Assembly (NCBI GenBank): GCA_025450105.1
Contig: JANWIA010000024.1
Coordinates: forward strand, 229 to 64,228
Length of the DNA: 64,000 nucleotides
From: Candidatus Doudnabacteria bacterium
GTDB taxonomy: Bacteria > Patescibacteriota > Doudnabacteria > UBA920 > O2-02-FULL-48-8
Reading direction: 5' to 3'
Shown here: positions 36,455 to 47,155 of the stretch, piece by piece
Layout of the letters: each line of letters starts with the position of its first letter
Position numbering within the stretch: the first letter of the stretch is position 1
The notes under the pieces: model-generated
Told to the model about the DNA's origin: nothing
Seen by the model: only the letters and a program-made list of their open reading frames with translations
Databases searched by the model: none
Translations under genes and position numbers: made by a program

Positions 36455-37546
36455 ATGAAAAAGTCAGCCAATAAAACCGTTGTCGTGGGAATGAGTGGGG
36501 GAGTTGATTCCTCTGTGACTGCTGCGCTGCTCAAAGAGCAGGGCTATGATGTTATTGGCATCTTCATGAAAAATTGGAGCGAGGATTTTGAAAATTTTGG
36601 TTGCACTTGGGCGGAAGATTCGGAAGATGCCCGTAAGGTTGCCAAGGTTTTGGACATTCCTTTTTACATTTGGAATTTCGAAAAGGAATATTACGATAAG
36701 GTTGTGGAATATTTTTTGCATGAATACAAAGCCGGTCGAACCCCGAATCCGGATGTCATGTGCAATTCCGAAATAAAATTTAAAGTTTTTTTGGAAAAGG
36801 CTTTGGCACTTGGTGCCGACTATGTGGCAACCGGGCATTATGCCAGGGTCAGCGAAAAGCGGAATGCGGAAGGCGAAAATTACTTTGCTTTACTCAAGGG
36901 TATTGATCCGGCCAAGGACCAAAGCTACTTTTTGTATACTCTTAAACAGTACCAGTTGGCCAAGATTATGTTCCCGATTGGCGACAAGAAGAAATCCGAA
37001 GTGCGTGAGCTAGCTCAAACATTTAATTTGCCAAATGCGGCAAAAAAAGATTCCCAGGGCATTTGTTTTATCGGTAAAATCAATGTAGGCGCATTTTTGC
37101 GTGAGAAAATCAAAGCCCGCGCCGGGGAAATTGTCACGTCCAGCGGACAAGTCATCGGCAACCACGAAGGTTTGCCATTCTACACCATTGGCCAACGCGA
37201 AGGCATTGGTATTGGTGGTACAGGACCCTATTATGTGGTCAGTAAGAATTTTGAATCCAACCAACTTCTTGTTAGTAACGATAAAAATGATTCCGGTTTA
37301 TGGAAAAGTGACTTTATAGTTACGGATATAAGCTGGACACATAAGGCCCCGAAATTACCTTTAAATGCAGGCGTTTCGATCCGTTATCATCACCCCGACT
37401 ATCCAGCCTTGATAAATTCCCAAAAAGGTGCTAATATTAGTGTCAGATTTGACGTACCTCAACGTGCGATAACGCCAGGTCAGTCAGCCGTGTTTTACCA
37501 GGGCGATGAACTGATTGGCGGCGGAGTAATCGACGCAATTTCATAG
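36455..37546 (+). CDS. mnmA: tRNA 2-thiouridylase
   Basis: MSGGVDS, TPNPDVMCN, ATGHY, KDQSYFL, DSQGICF and PGQ motifs. Confidence 0.97.
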   Translation: MKKSANKTVVVGMSGGVDSSVTAALLKEQGYDVIGIFMKNWSEDFENFGCTWAEDSEDARKVAKVLDIPFYIWNFEKEYYDKVVEYFLHEYKAGRTPNPDVMCNSEIKFKVFLEKALALGADYVATGHYARVSEKRNAEGENYFALLKGIDPAKDQSYFLYTLKQYQLAKIMFPIGDKKKSEVRELAQTFNLPNAAKKDSQGICFIGKINVGAFLREKIKARAGEIVTSSGQVIGNHEGLPFYTIGQREGIGIGGTGPYYVVSKNFESNQLLVSNDKNDSGLWKSDFIVTDISWTHKAPKLPLNAGVSIRYHHPDYPALINSQKGANISVRFDVPQRAITPGQSAVFYQGDELIGGGVIDAIS

Positions 37547-37557
37547 GGGGAATAACT

Positions 37558-37773
37558 ATGCCTGACCGGGTTTCGCGCAAGCCTCAACCGGTAAGCTATC
37601 CGGTTGGGCCAAGAGTCGGTTTCGGCGAACTGCTTCGGCAAGTGCCGACCACACCGACTGCAGAACAACTGCAAGAACTTTCCTGGGAAGGAAACGGACT
37701 CCCGCCCGCGCCCGGATACAAACACACTCCGGACGAGATGTTCGTCCTCCCAGTCCCGCGCCGGTTGATGTGA
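37558..37773 (+). CDS. 71-aa Pro-rich orphan protein
   Basis: AGGGGGA SD-like site then ATG; GC-rich; followed by two hairpins. Confidence 0.5.
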   Translation: MPDRVSRKPQPVSYPVGPRVGFGELLRQVPTTPTAEQLQELSWEGNGLPPAPGYKHTPDEMFVLPVPRRLM

Positions 37774-37802
37774 CCTGTTCCTGCCCGGAAGCGGTCACCA
37801 AT

Positions 37803-37873
37803 GAGGCTCTAGCAATGTGCTAGAGCCTCTTCTTTTTGTCTAAAAAACCCTGACCGATTTGGTCAGGGTTTTT
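37803..37873. terminator. Paired terminators between the orphan and hppA
   Basis: GAGGCTCTAGCA/TGCTAGAGCCTC plus a T-tract, and AAAAACCCTGACC/GGTCAGGGTTTTT. Confidence 0.75.
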
Positions 37874-37884
37874 AAGTTTAGTTA

Positions 37885-39879
37885 TTAAACCAGTAATCCA
37901 ATGATCAATAAGGCGACAATATTTATAATCTTAATCATAGGATTTATGGCTGGGCCGGCAGTGTCTTTGTACGGATCGCCGACAGTATCACCGGTAACTG
38001 CGGCCTGATGCGCAAAAGATTTTTTGCCGCCATAATTGCCGTCTTCAATATATTTTTTTGCGTTGTCCCAAGCGGCTCCACCGGAAGTCATGGAAATAGC
38101 TACGAACAATCCGGTGACGATGGACCCAACGAGTAATCCGCCCAAAGCTTGAATGCCCAAGAACGGGGTGATGGCAACGAGAATCGGCACGGCAACCGGA
38201 ATCAAGGCTGGGATAATCATTTCCTTAATCGCGGCTTTGGTGACAATATCAACGGCGCGGCCATAATCTGGTTTGGTTGTGCCTTCCATAATACCTTTCA
38301 TTTCGCGGAATTGGCGGCGGACTTCTTCAACAACAGCGTGACCGGCTTTACCAACGGCTTGCATGGCAATGGAGCTGAACAAATATGGAAGTAAGCCTCC
38401 AATTAGTAATCCGGCCAATACTTTAACGTTGGATAAATCAAAAACTGTTGGTACGCCAAGTTTATTTAATTCTTCGGTGTAGGAAGCGAACAAGACAACT
38501 GCGGCCAAACCGGCAGAAGCAATGGCATAACCTTTTGTCACGGCTTTGGTGGTGTTACCAACGGCATCGAGCGCATCAGTTGATTTGCGGACATCATCTG
38601 GCAAACCGGCCATCTCGGCAATGCCGCCGGCGTTGTCAGTGATTGGGCCGAACGAATCAATGGCTACAATGATACCGGTCATGGACAACATTGAGACAAC
38701 AGCAATGGCTGAGCCATAAAGTCCGGCATAGTGGTAGGAAACTAAAATTCCACCGAGGATGGCTAAGACAGGCAATGCAGTGGATTGCATGGAAACTGCG
38801 AGTCCGGTGATGATGTTAGTGCCGTGGCCGGTTGTGGACGATTCGGCAATAGAACGAACCGGTCGGAAACTTTTTGAGGTATAGTAATCGGTAATGACAA
38901 CCATGGCTCCAGTGACAACTAAACCAACTAAGGTTGAGTAGAATAATCCCATTGCTGTGGCACCATCAAACAATTGGCTAGTGATGTAGTAAAAGGCAAT
39001 TGCGGCAAGGACGGCCGAGGCAATTAAACCTTTGTAGAGTGCGGTCATGATCGCAGTTCCAGACAGTCGAACAAAGAACGAGCCAATGATTGACGCAAAA
39101 ATTGAAACGGCACCAAGAGCTAACGGATAGAGCAGGTAAACCGGGTTGCCCGGGAATAAAATGCTGCCGAGCAACATTGCGGCAACTGTGGTTACGGCGT
39201 AGGTTTCGAAAAGGTCAGCGGCCATACCAGCACAGTCACCAACGTTGTCACCGACCAAGTCGGCAATAACAGCGGGGTTACGCGGGTCATCTTCTGGAAT
39301 TCCGGCTTCAATTTTTCCAACCAAATCCGCGCCAACGTCAGCGCCTTTGGTAAAGATACCGCCGCCCAAACGGGCAAAAACGGAAATCAAACTGGAACCG
39401 AATGCCAAACCTACCATGGCGGCAATGTCCATACTCCAGGCGTAAAACAATGATACGGAAAGTAATCCAAGCCCGACGACAAACAAACCGGTCACGGCAC
39501 CGCCCTTAAACGCTAAATCAAAAGCCTGGCTCAAACCACTCTTGGCTGCTTCGGCAGTGCGCAAATTGGCTCGAACCGAAACGTGCATGCCGACATATCC
39601 GGCCAAGGCCGAGGCAACAGCGCCGATCAAAAATCCTAAAGCAGTATTGAATCCTAAAAGGTACCAAATAACCAAAACCAAAATCACTGCAACAATGGCC
39701 ACGGTTTTGTATTGGCGGGCAAGGTAAGCAGTGGCGCCTTCCTGAATAGCATCGGCAATGCGCTTCATGTTGGCATCGCCAGTCGGCTTTTTAAGCAACC
39801 ATGAAATAATAAAAATTCCGTACAACAATGCGGCTGCACCGGCAACCACGGACAACCAAATGATACTCGATTCTGTCAT
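37885..39879 (-). CDS. hppA: Membrane-bound ion-pumping pyrophosphatase, K+-independent type
   Basis: [22 protein letters not shown] and [11 protein letters not shown] motifs. Confidence 0.95.
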   Translation of the reverse strand: MTESSIIWLSVVAGAAALLYGIFIISWLLKKPTGDANMKRIADAIQEGATAYLARQYKTVAIVAVILVLVIWYLLGFNTALGFLIGAVASALAGYVGMHVSVRANLRTAEAAKSGLSQAFDLAFKGGAVTGLFVVGLGLLSVSLFYAWSMDIAAMVGLAFGSSLISVFARLGGGIFTKGADVGADLVGKIEAGIPEDDPRNPAVIADLVGDNVGDCAGMAADLFETYAVTTVAAMLLGSILFPGNPVYLLYPLALGAVSIFASIIGSFFVRLSGTAIMTALYKGLIASAVLAAIAFYYITSQLFDGATAMGLFYSTLVGLVVTGAMVVITDYYTSKSFRPVRSIAESSTTGHGTNIITGLAVSMQSTALPVLAILGGILVSYHYAGLYGSAIAVVSMLSMTGIIVAIDSFGPITDNAGGIAEMAGLPDDVRKSTDALDAVGNTTKAVTKGYAIASAGLAAVVLFASYTEELNKLGVPTVFDLSNVKVLAGLLIGGLLPYLFSSIAMQAVGKAGHAVVEEVRRQFREMKGIMEGTTKPDYGRAVDIVTKAAIKEMIIPALIPVAVPILVAITPFLGIQALGGLLVGSIVTGLFVAISMTSGGAAWDNAKKYIEDGNYGGKKSFAHQAAVTGDTVGDPYKDTAGPAINPMIKIINIVALLIIGLLV

Positions 39880-40013
39880 AACAAATGATTAGTTAATTAA
39901 ATAAGCTTCGTAACGAAGCTGAGACAATTATATAGCAAATCCCCAATAAATTCAAATAAGGATTGTTGACCAAACGGTAATAAAAACGTATACTTATCCT
40001 CGTTGTAAAATTT

Positions 40014-41474
40014 ATGAACGAATCAGTAATTTTAAGATTTTCAGACGTCACTTTTGAATACATCCACGACAAACCTCTATTGGAAGAGGCCAGCTTTAGC
40101 GTGCGTAGTGGTAGTCGTGTTACTTTGATGGGACAAAATGGCGCGGGTAAAAGCACGTTGTTTAAGATGATCACCGGGGAGACTAAACCGCACGAGGGTG
40201 CAATTTACATGACTCCGAACGATGCGACCATTGCCATTGCCCGCCAAGTCATGCCGCAGGAGTCAATGGATTTAACCATCCGAGAATATTTTGCCACGGC
40301 GTTTAAGGAAAAGAAATATGATTTGGATAAACTAATCAAGGAAGTTTTTGAAGTCGTGAACGTTAACTTGCCGTTAGAGAAAATTGTTCGGGAATTATCC
40401 GGCGGCCAGCAGGCGCGATTATTGTTAGCTCATGCTTTGATTCAGAATCCGGATATCTTATTACTTGATGAGCCCACAAATAATTTGGATCAGGGCGGTA
40501 TTGAACACTTGACCGGATTTTTGATGATGTACGAAAAAACCGTGATTGTCATTTCCCACGATGCTGATTTTTTGAACGCTTTTAGCGACGGCGTTATTTA
40601 CCTCGATGTTTTTACTCATAAGATTGAGCAATACACCGGTAACTATTACGATGTGGTTGAAGAAATCAAGAATCGAATTGAACGCGAAAATTTGCAGAAC
40701 GCCCGTATGCAAACACAAATCAAGGAGAAGCGCGCACAAGCAGAAGTCTTTGCCCATAAGGGAGGTAAGCTTCGTGCGGTAGCTAAGCGTATGCGTGAGG
40801 CTGCAGAAGAAGCTGAAGAAGGTATGGTCAGTGTCCGCCAGGAAGACCGCACCATTCGCGAATTCGATATTCCGTCCCAGGAGTTTGATAAATTTTTCGA
40901 CGGCAAAGTATTAGAATTTACTTCTGTTTCGTCTTTCGTCAACCACAAGGAAGTGAAGAAAGAAATGGAATTGACTGTCCGAAAAGGGGAGCATGTCCTG
41001 ATTACCGGACCAAACGGCATTGGTAAAAGCACAATGTTAGAAAAATTAGCCCAAGGTAAAGGATCCGGATTTACACTCGTCAAGGACGTGAAGATTGGTT
41101 ACTACAAACAGGATTTTAGTAATTTTGATTTTGAACAAACTGCTTATGATGCGCTGAAAGACGTTATGCCAAAACATGATGACCAAGAGTTGCGTTCTAC
41201 TGCAGCAGGATTCTTATTGGATGGCAAATTGCTTGCGAGCCCGATTGGGTCGTTGTCTGAAGGCCAAAAAGGATTATTGTCCTTCTGTCGGTTGAAACTT
41301 CTTAAGCCAGGACTCTTGATACTGGACGAGCCTACTAACCACATCAATTTTCGCCACTTACCAATTATTGCTAAAGCCCTAAGTGATTTCGATGGCACAA
41401 TGGTAATGGTTTCCCACATCCCGGAATTTGTTAAGCAAATCCATATCGATCATACAGTCGATCTTTTAAATTGA
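40014..41474 (+). CDS. ABC-F family ATPase
   Basis: Two NBDs (GQNGAGKS/LSGGQ/DEPTN and GPNGIGKS/LSEGQ/DEPTN), no TM segments. Confidence 0.92.
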   Translation: MNESVILRFSDVTFEYIHDKPLLEEASFSVRSGSRVTLMGQNGAGKSTLFKMITGETKPHEGAIYMTPNDATIAIARQVMPQESMDLTIREYFATAFKEKKYDLDKLIKEVFEVVNVNLPLEKIVRELSGGQQARLLLAHALIQNPDILLLDEPTNNLDQGGIEHLTGFLMMYEKTVIVISHDADFLNAFSDGVIYLDVFTHKIEQYTGNYYDVVEEIKNRIERENLQNARMQTQIKEKRAQAEVFAHKGGKLRAVAKRMREAAEEAEEGMVSVRQEDRTIREFDIPSQEFDKFFDGKVLEFTSVSSFVNHKEVKKEMELTVRKGEHVLITGPNGIGKSTMLEKLAQGKGSGFTLVKDVKIGYYKQDFSNFDFEQTAYDALKDVMPKHDDQELRSTAAGFLLDGKLLASPIGSLSEGQKGLLSFCRLKLLKPGLLILDEPTNHINFRHLPIIAKALSDFDGTMVMVSHIPEFVKQIHIDHTVDLLN

Positions 41475-41523
41475 ATAGTTTAGTGAAAATTCGTATAATT
41501 ATATAGCCTTTAATCAGATATCA

Positions 41524-41598
41524 TGGGGAGTAGCCAAGCGGTAAGGCAACGGACTCTGAATCCGTCATTCGAAGGTTCGATCCCTTCCTCCCCAGCCA
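41524..41598 (+). tRNA. tRNA-Gln (anticodon CUG)
   Basis: TGGGGAG/CTCCCCA acceptor stem, D-loop AGCGGTAAG, ACGGA-CTCTGAA-TCCGT arm, GTTCGATCC T-loop, encoded CCA. Confidence 0.97.
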
Positions 41599-41628
41599 AA
41601 AAATCATCACGGAAACGTGGTGGTTTTT

Positions 41629-42114
41629 TTAACAAAAAAAACTGCCAAAACCTGGGTAGGCTTTGGCAGTGTGGGTCATCTTGTCGTGGTCCACGGAGTT
41701 GAGGTAACGCACTAGGACCCAGTACCATCTATTGGCCTCATCTGGATCTCCGTTGGGATCAACGACCTTGATTTTTTGTCCTCTTTTGTTGTAGATGATT
41801 GCCCTCTCCAGCGTAACGTCCTCGATTGGAACAGGTAGGCCTGGCACGCGAGTTACGGTAACGCTGTACCAAAAGACCACGCCGCCCTTGTCGTGAAGGT
41901 TCTTGATCAGGCCGGTTTTGTGTCTGGTGGTTTTCATCCCACCATAGTAGGTAAACGGATCGATGAGCAGGTTCCTGACGTCGATCGGGGAAATCTTGGG
42001 CGCTTGAACCTGAACGGGTTTGGGTCGATTTGTCAGTTGGCTGACTCTCGGAGGTATGAGAAGTAGGCTCGCGACCAGGAATCCGAACATGAACACCACG
42101 TGGGATCGGTTCAT
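41629..42114 (-). CDS. Orphan membrane-anchored/secreted protein
   Basis: TAAGGAGGAT SD, TTGACG-N17-TAGCAT promoter, N-terminal hydrophobic helix. Confidence 0.7.
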   Translation of the reverse strand: MNRSHVVFMFGFLVASLLLIPPRVSQLTNRPKPVQVQAPKISPIDVRNLLIDPFTYYGGMKTTRHKTGLIKNLHDKGGVVFWYSVTVTRVPGLPVPIEDVTLERAIIYNKRGQKIKVVDPNGDPDEANRWYWVLVRYLNSVDHDKMTHTAKAYPGFGSFFC

Positions 42115-42207
42115 CGCATCCTCCTTATTCTGAACCTATGCTAAGCTTTCAAAAAATTTTCGTCAAACTTTAATCATGCTATAATTGGTCTACTTAACCC
42201 CACAAAC

Positions 42208-42477
42208 ATGTTTGGACAGCTCAAGGATATGTATAATTTGCGGAAACAGGCCCAAGAGATGCAAAAAATTATGGCCCAGGAAAGAGTCACTGGGTACTCT
42301 AACGACAAAACTTTTAGTATTGTATTAAATGGCAACCAGGAATTGCTCGAAGTCAACATTTCTCCTGAAATTAATTTGTCCCAACCGGAAATAGAAAAGA
42401 ACATTAAAGAAGCGTATGCCGATGCCCAGCAACAGTTGCGCTCGTTGATGGCCACTAAACTGCAAGGAATGATGTAA
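42208..42477 (+). CDS. YbaB/EbfC nucleoid-associated protein
   Basis: KQAQEMQK...VTG.S...LNGNQELLEVNI pattern. Confidence 0.85.
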   Translation: MFGQLKDMYNLRKQAQEMQKIMAQERVTGYSNDKTFSIVLNGNQELLEVNISPEINLSQPEIEKNIKEAYADAQQQLRSLMATKLQGMM

Positions 42478-42517
42478 TCACCGCCGAAAGGCGGTTTTAA
42501 AATGGTATAATTTAACT

Positions 42518-43468
42518 ATGCTTTTAAGTATAGTTATTTTTGTTGCCGCGCTTGTTTTGCTCTGGAAAGCGGCAGAATTGACCATTAAGGGAATCGAGAA
42601 ACTTTCTCGAAGCACTAAAGTCTCGTCTTTTGCCGCGTCCTTTTTGATTTTGGGAATTTTAACCTCGATTTCTGAAATTTCTGTTGGTGTAAACGCGCTG
42701 CTCGATAACACTCCAGAAGTTTTTGTGGGGAATTTAATCGGTGGTTCGTTTGTCCTCCTGCTTTTGATCATCCCAATCCTTGCAATTTTTAATAAAGGTG
42801 TGGTGCTCAAGAACCACCTTAATAAAGACCGCTTACTTTTCTTTTTGCTGTTACTGATCGCGCCAATGTTAGTAGCACTCGATGGAACGGTGACGCGCGC
42901 CAATGCAATTTTTATTTTGATTTTGTATGCACTGTTTGTTTATGTTTTTCAAAAGAATGAAGGGGTAGGGGACCGCATCAATTTTGAAAAACTAAACACA
43001 AAACTTGTCCTTGTAAATTTAACCAGAGTTGTGTTTGGAGCTGCCCTAATATTTATTGCCAGTCGGTTTTTGGTTGACCAAACGGTGAGCATTGCCACTG
43101 CAATCGGCATCCCATCTTTTTTGCTGAGCTTGTTGATCCTATCGCTGGGGACGAATCTTCCGGAATTGGTTATTACCATTGAATCTATTAAGCGTCGCCG
43201 TTCGGACATTGCCTTTGGGGATTATGTCGGTTCAGCTGCTGCAAATTCCATGCTCTTCGGGGTCTTTAGTTTGATCCACGGAACTTTTTCGGTGCCGACC
43301 AAGGGATTCTCACTGATTTTTTGGATTATGCTTATAGGGTACGTTTTCTTTTTCAAGTTCGGGAAATCAAAAAACCAAATTTCTGGCGCCGAAGGAATAT
43401 TGCTGATTTTAATCTACGTTTTGTTCTTGCTGACCCAAACAACGGAAATTATTTTATTCGCCAACTAA
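42518..43468 (+). CDS. Na+/Ca2+ exchanger (CaCA/YrbG family)
   Basis: TSISE...GNLIG and GTNLPE...GDYVGS alpha repeats. Confidence 0.88.
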   Translation: MLLSIVIFVAALVLLWKAAELTIKGIEKLSRSTKVSSFAASFLILGILTSISEISVGVNALLDNTPEVFVGNLIGGSFVLLLLIIPILAIFNKGVVLKNHLNKDRLLFFLLLLIAPMLVALDGTVTRANAIFILILYALFVYVFQKNEGVGDRINFEKLNTKLVLVNLTRVVFGAALIFIASRFLVDQTVSIATAIGIPSFLLSLLILSLGTNLPELVITIESIKRRRSDIAFGDYVGSAAANSMLFGVFSLIHGTFSVPTKGFSLIFWIMLIGYVFFFKFGKSKNQISGAEGILLILIYVLFLLTQTTEIILFAN

Positions 43469-43506
43469 TTGGCTAAAAATGTTATAATGAACCGCAAGGA
43501 GCACTA

Positions 43507-46188
43507 ATGGCAAATTCCATTTGGCACACAAAATCTGTTGATGAGATCATCAAGTATTACGAAAGTTCGATGCTTGGGTTGTCGGCTAAACAGATTGAGA
43601 AACAGAAACAAAAATACGGGACAAACACCTTGCCGCAAAAGAAACCGGACAGCTTGTGGCTGATTTTTTTGCGCCAGTTCCAAAGTTCCCTGATTTACAT
43701 TTTGGTTGCGGCCGGAATTTTGATTTTGTTTATCGGCGACGAAACGGATGCCGCGATTATTTTTGTTTTGTTGGCGTTTAATGCCATTGTCGGCACAATT
43801 CAGGAAGGCAAGGCGCGTGACACCTTGGCATCCCTAAAAAAGTTGGTAGAGACCAAGGCCACGGTTTTGCGCGACAGTGTTGAGGAAATTATTCCTGACA
43901 CCGAAGTTGTTGTTGGGGACATTTTAGTTTTGCATGAAGGCGATAAAATCCCGGCCGATGCCCGCGTTATTAATACCCATAATTTAATTGTTGACGAAGC
44001 CTCGCTGACCGGTGAATCACATCCGGTTTATAAAATGCCGGAAATTTTGGACAATGAAAAACTTCCGACAGCGGAACAGAAGAATATGCTGTTCAAAGGA
44101 ACGAATATTGTTTCCGGCTCCGGCCTAGCTATTGTTGTCGCAATTGGCGTCAACACAATCATTGGTGATATATCATTGGAAATTTCCACTATTGAATCCG
44201 AGGACCCGATCAAACGGGAGATCCGTAAACTTTCCAAAGTAATTATTTATATTACAATTGGGATTTGTACATTTTTATTTGTTGCCGGTCTTATTTCTGG
44301 TAAGAGTGTCGTCGAAATGTTTACCACCGTCGTATCCTTGTCGGTTTCGATTATTCCGGAAGGTTTGCCGATTGTCCTGACGTTGGTTTTGGCCACCGGT
44401 GTTTGGCGCATGAGTAAAAAGAACGCTTTGGTTAAAAAATTGCAGGCAGTGGAATCACTGGGCCAAGCGCAAATTATTGCTGTTGATAAAACCGGGACAA
44501 TCACCAAAAATGAGCTGACTGTCAGGGAGTTTTACACAGATGGTAACCTTTATGAAGTTACGGGCGATGGTTATGAACCAAAGGGCCAGATTTTATTAAA
44601 CGGTACGGCAATCGATACCACACATACTGCGCCGAATCTAATGGCCCGAATTTCGGCTCTGTGTAATAGCGCCCATGTAGCATTTTCCGAAGAAAAGAAA
44701 ATATGGCAAGTGGCTGGGGATCCAACCGAGGCGGCCTTAATAGTCTTTGCGGAAAAGCTCGGCCAAACTAAATCAAAAATCGAAACTGATAGCCCCGTAG
44801 TTGGGGAATTACCGTTTTCTTACCAAACAAAATTCCATGCAACCATGCACAAATCAAAGCATGGTAATGATTTAGAAATATTGGGAGCGCCGGAGGTTTT
44901 AATGCATTTATCAACAAGCATTTTAGCTGGGGATAAATCCAGGCACATGGCCAAAAATATTGTGGCCGAATTAGAAGAAGTAATCGCAAGAATGTCGAGC
45001 AAGGGTTTACGCGTGATTGGTGTGGCCACAAAAAATTCCAAAGAATCGGAATTGACTCAAGACCATGTAAAAGATTTAACCTTTGTCGGGTTAATTGGCA
45101 TGAAAGATGTTTTGCGTCCCGAAGTCAAAGAGTCCTTGGAGCGCGCACACGAAGCCGGCATTAAGGTTGTCATGATTACCGGTGACCATAAATTAACCGG
45201 GCAGGCATTGGCGCAGGAAGCAGGAATCTATAAACCGGGAGACATGGTCCTGACAGGTGAAGAAATTAACGGCATGGGTGACGCCACACTTTCCAGTGCA
45301 TTGGATAAGACTACGGTTTTTGCCCGGGTTACTCCAGCTCATAAGTTAAGAATTATCCGCGCCTACAAAGCGCGTGGCGAAATTATTGCCATGACCGGTG
45401 ACGGGGTCAACGACGCGCCGCCGCTGGTAGCCGCAGACCTTGGCGTGGCCATGGGGAAAATCGGGACCGAAGTCGCCAAAGAAGCCGCGGATATTGTTTT
45501 GCTTGACGATAATTTTGGGAGTATTGTTTCTGCAGTGGAGGAAGGCCGAAACATTTACAAGACTATCAAAAAAGTTATTTTATTTTTGTTCTCCACCAGC
45601 CTTGGCGAGGTCCTAACAATTACAATTTCGATTTTTTTGGGTTTTCCATTGCCGGTTTTGGCTTCGCAAATTATTTGGTTGAATTTTGTGACTGACGGAT
45701 TCTTGGATGTCTCGCTTGGCATGGAACCGAAAGAACCGGGGTTGCTGCATGAACCAATTCAAAAACAAAATTCATTTGTGGACTGGCTGATGGCCAAACG
45801 AATGGTGGTCATGGCACTACCGATGGCCATCGGAACATTGTGGTTATTTTCCAAGTATATGCATGGTGACCAAACTAAATCCTGGACGATTGCGTTAACC
45901 GTGCTTGCCGTGTATCAATGGTTCAACGCCTGGAACTGTCGCAGCGAAAAAGAATCATTGTTCTCTATGAGTCCGTTTCGAAATAAATATTTAGTTGCCG
46001 CGACAATGGTGGTTATCGGTTTGCATCTCCTTGCCGTTTACCATCCATTTTTCCAAGGGTTTTTGCGGACAACTGCTTTGAACCTAAACGAGTGGATAAT
46101 AATAGTTGTCCTGGCAAGCTCGGTGCTGTGGATTGAAGAAATTAGGAAATTATTGTCCAGAATTCGAGCAAAAAAAGTTGCTATTTAA
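43507..46188 (+). CDS. P-type (P2A-like) cation-transporting ATPase
   Basis: TGES, IPEGL, DKTGT, TGD and GDGVND motifs. Confidence 0.95.
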   Translation: MANSIWHTKSVDEIIKYYESSMLGLSAKQIEKQKQKYGTNTLPQKKPDSLWLIFLRQFQSSLIYILVAAGILILFIGDETDAAIIFVLLAFNAIVGTIQEGKARDTLASLKKLVETKATVLRDSVEEIIPDTEVVVGDILVLHEGDKIPADARVINTHNLIVDEASLTGESHPVYKMPEILDNEKLPTAEQKNMLFKGTNIVSGSGLAIVVAIGVNTIIGDISLEISTIESEDPIKREIRKLSKVIIYITIGICTFLFVAGLISGKSVVEMFTTVVSLSVSIIPEGLPIVLTLVLATGVWRMSKKNALVKKLQAVESLGQAQIIAVDKTGTITKNELTVREFYTDGNLYEVTGDGYEPKGQILLNGTAIDTTHTAPNLMARISALCNSAHVAFSEEKKIWQVAGDPTEAALIVFAEKLGQTKSKIETDSPVVGELPFSYQTKFHATMHKSKHGNDLEILGAPEVLMHLSTSILAGDKSRHMAKNIVAELEEVIARMSSKGLRVIGVATKNSKESELTQDHVKDLTFVGLIGMKDVLRPEVKESLERAHEAGIKVVMITGDHKLTGQALAQEAGIYKPGDMVLTGEEINGMGDATLSSALDKTTVFARVTPAHKLRIIRAYKARGEIIAMTGDGVNDAPPLVAADLGVAMGKIGTEVAKEAADIVLLDDNFGSIVSAVEEGRNIYKTIKKVILFLFSTSLGEVLTITISIFLGFPLPVLASQIIWLNFVTDGFLDVSLGMEPKEPGLLHEPIQKQNSFVDWLMAKRMVVMALPMAIGTLWLFSKYMHGDQTKSWTIALTVLAVYQWFNAWNCRSEKESLFSMSPFRNKYLVAATMVVIGLHLLAVYHPFFQGFLRTTALNLNEWIIIVVLASSVLWIEEIRKLLSRIRAKKVAI

Positions 46189-46221
46189 TCCGATAAAAAA
46201 GCCCAGCACATCTGGGTTTTT

Positions 46222-46830
46222 TTATTTCAGAGGGACAAATGAAAATCCGGGGAACTCTGATGCCTCTACTTCGTCATCCGAAATCCGTAAAATTTGGTAT
46301 AAAGAATGCTGGATTGGAATTACCATGATACCACCGATTTTTAGTTGGGCAGTAAGGTCATGCGGCAAAGATTCTGCGGCAGCCGAAACCAGAACTCCAT
46401 CATAAGGCGCCTCGTTTGGATAGCCCAGGACTTCAGTGGCCAGTAACACATGTGTGTGTTTGTGCGGATATTTTTCGAGATTAATTTTTGTTAAATCCAA
46501 AATAGTTCGTTTGATTTCAGTGCCATAAATTTTTCCTTTAGGCCCAACACATTCTGCCAGAAGGGCAGTGGTCCAACCCGATCCGGTCCCAATATCTAGA
46601 ATTTTCTGATTTGGTTGTGGTTGAAGCAGCTCAAGCATAATGGCCACTGTTCGCGGTTGGGAGATAGTTGCACCGTCGACTAAAGGAAGTGGTTTATCCT
46701 CATAAGCAAAATCAATATGTTCTGGTAAAACAAAATCGCCTCGGTCAACGTTGAGAAAAGTTTCGATAATATGCGGGGTTTTTAGAACTTTTGTGCGGAT
46801 AAGTTCGGCAACCAATGCTTCATTGCTCAT
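46222..46830 (-). CDS. pcm: Protein-L-isoaspartate O-methyltransferase
   Basis: AYEDKPL, TISQP, LDIGTGSGW, APYD and FVPL motifs; start re-called to 46830. Confidence 0.93.
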   Translation of the reverse strand: MSNEALVAELIRTKVLKTPHIIETFLNVDRGDFVLPEHIDFAYEDKPLPLVDGATISQPRTVAIMLELLQPQPNQKILDIGTGSGWTTALLAECVGPKGKIYGTEIKRTILDLTKINLEKYPHKHTHVLLATEVLGYPNEAPYDGVLVSAAAESLPHDLTAQLKIGGIMVIPIQHSLYQILRISDDEVEASEFPGFSFVPLK

Positions 46831-46897
46831 GCTATAAAAAATATCACAGTTGTATAAAAGGTCAATTGAACGGAAAAACAGAAGCGATAGGTGGAAA

Positions 46898-46940
46898 TAA
46901 AACAAGGGCTTAGTTAACGGGGTGCGTAACTAAGCCCTTG
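46898..46940 (-). terminator. Intrinsic terminator of the 58-aa ORF
   Basis: CAAGGGCTTAGTTA/TAACTAAGCCCTTG followed by TTTTATTT on the minus strand. Confidence 0.7.
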
Positions 46941-46978
46941 AGCCACTTGTCTGTGTTATGACAAGCGGCTGCTTCTGT

Positions 46979-47155
46979 TCAATTTCTCTGATGCCGATTC
47001 CGGGCCGGATCGAAAGGCGGGGAATTGCTTCTGCGCCCGCGGCACACGCGTCGGATGCGGACCTGGTCGTCGGTGATCCTCGCGAAGAGGTTTCGTCGGG
47101 CCGAGAACAGGACCGGGTACCGGGCACTGTGGTTGCGAACGCAATCTGTTTGCAT
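46979..47155 (-). CDS. 58-aa Arg-rich microprotein MQTDCVRNHSARYPVLFSARRNLFARITDDQVRIRRVCRGRRSNSPPFDPARNRHQRN
   Basis: Hand-translated; GGAGGT SD then ATG; TTGACC-N17-TAAATT promoter; terminator. Confidence 0.6.
   Translation of the reverse strand: MQTDCVRNHSARYPVLFSARRNLFARITDDQVRIRRVCRGRRSNSPPFDPARNRHQRN

Noticed and set aside
41510-41728. 72-aa minus-strand ORF
   Set aside because: It overlaps tRNA-Gln and is an artefact.
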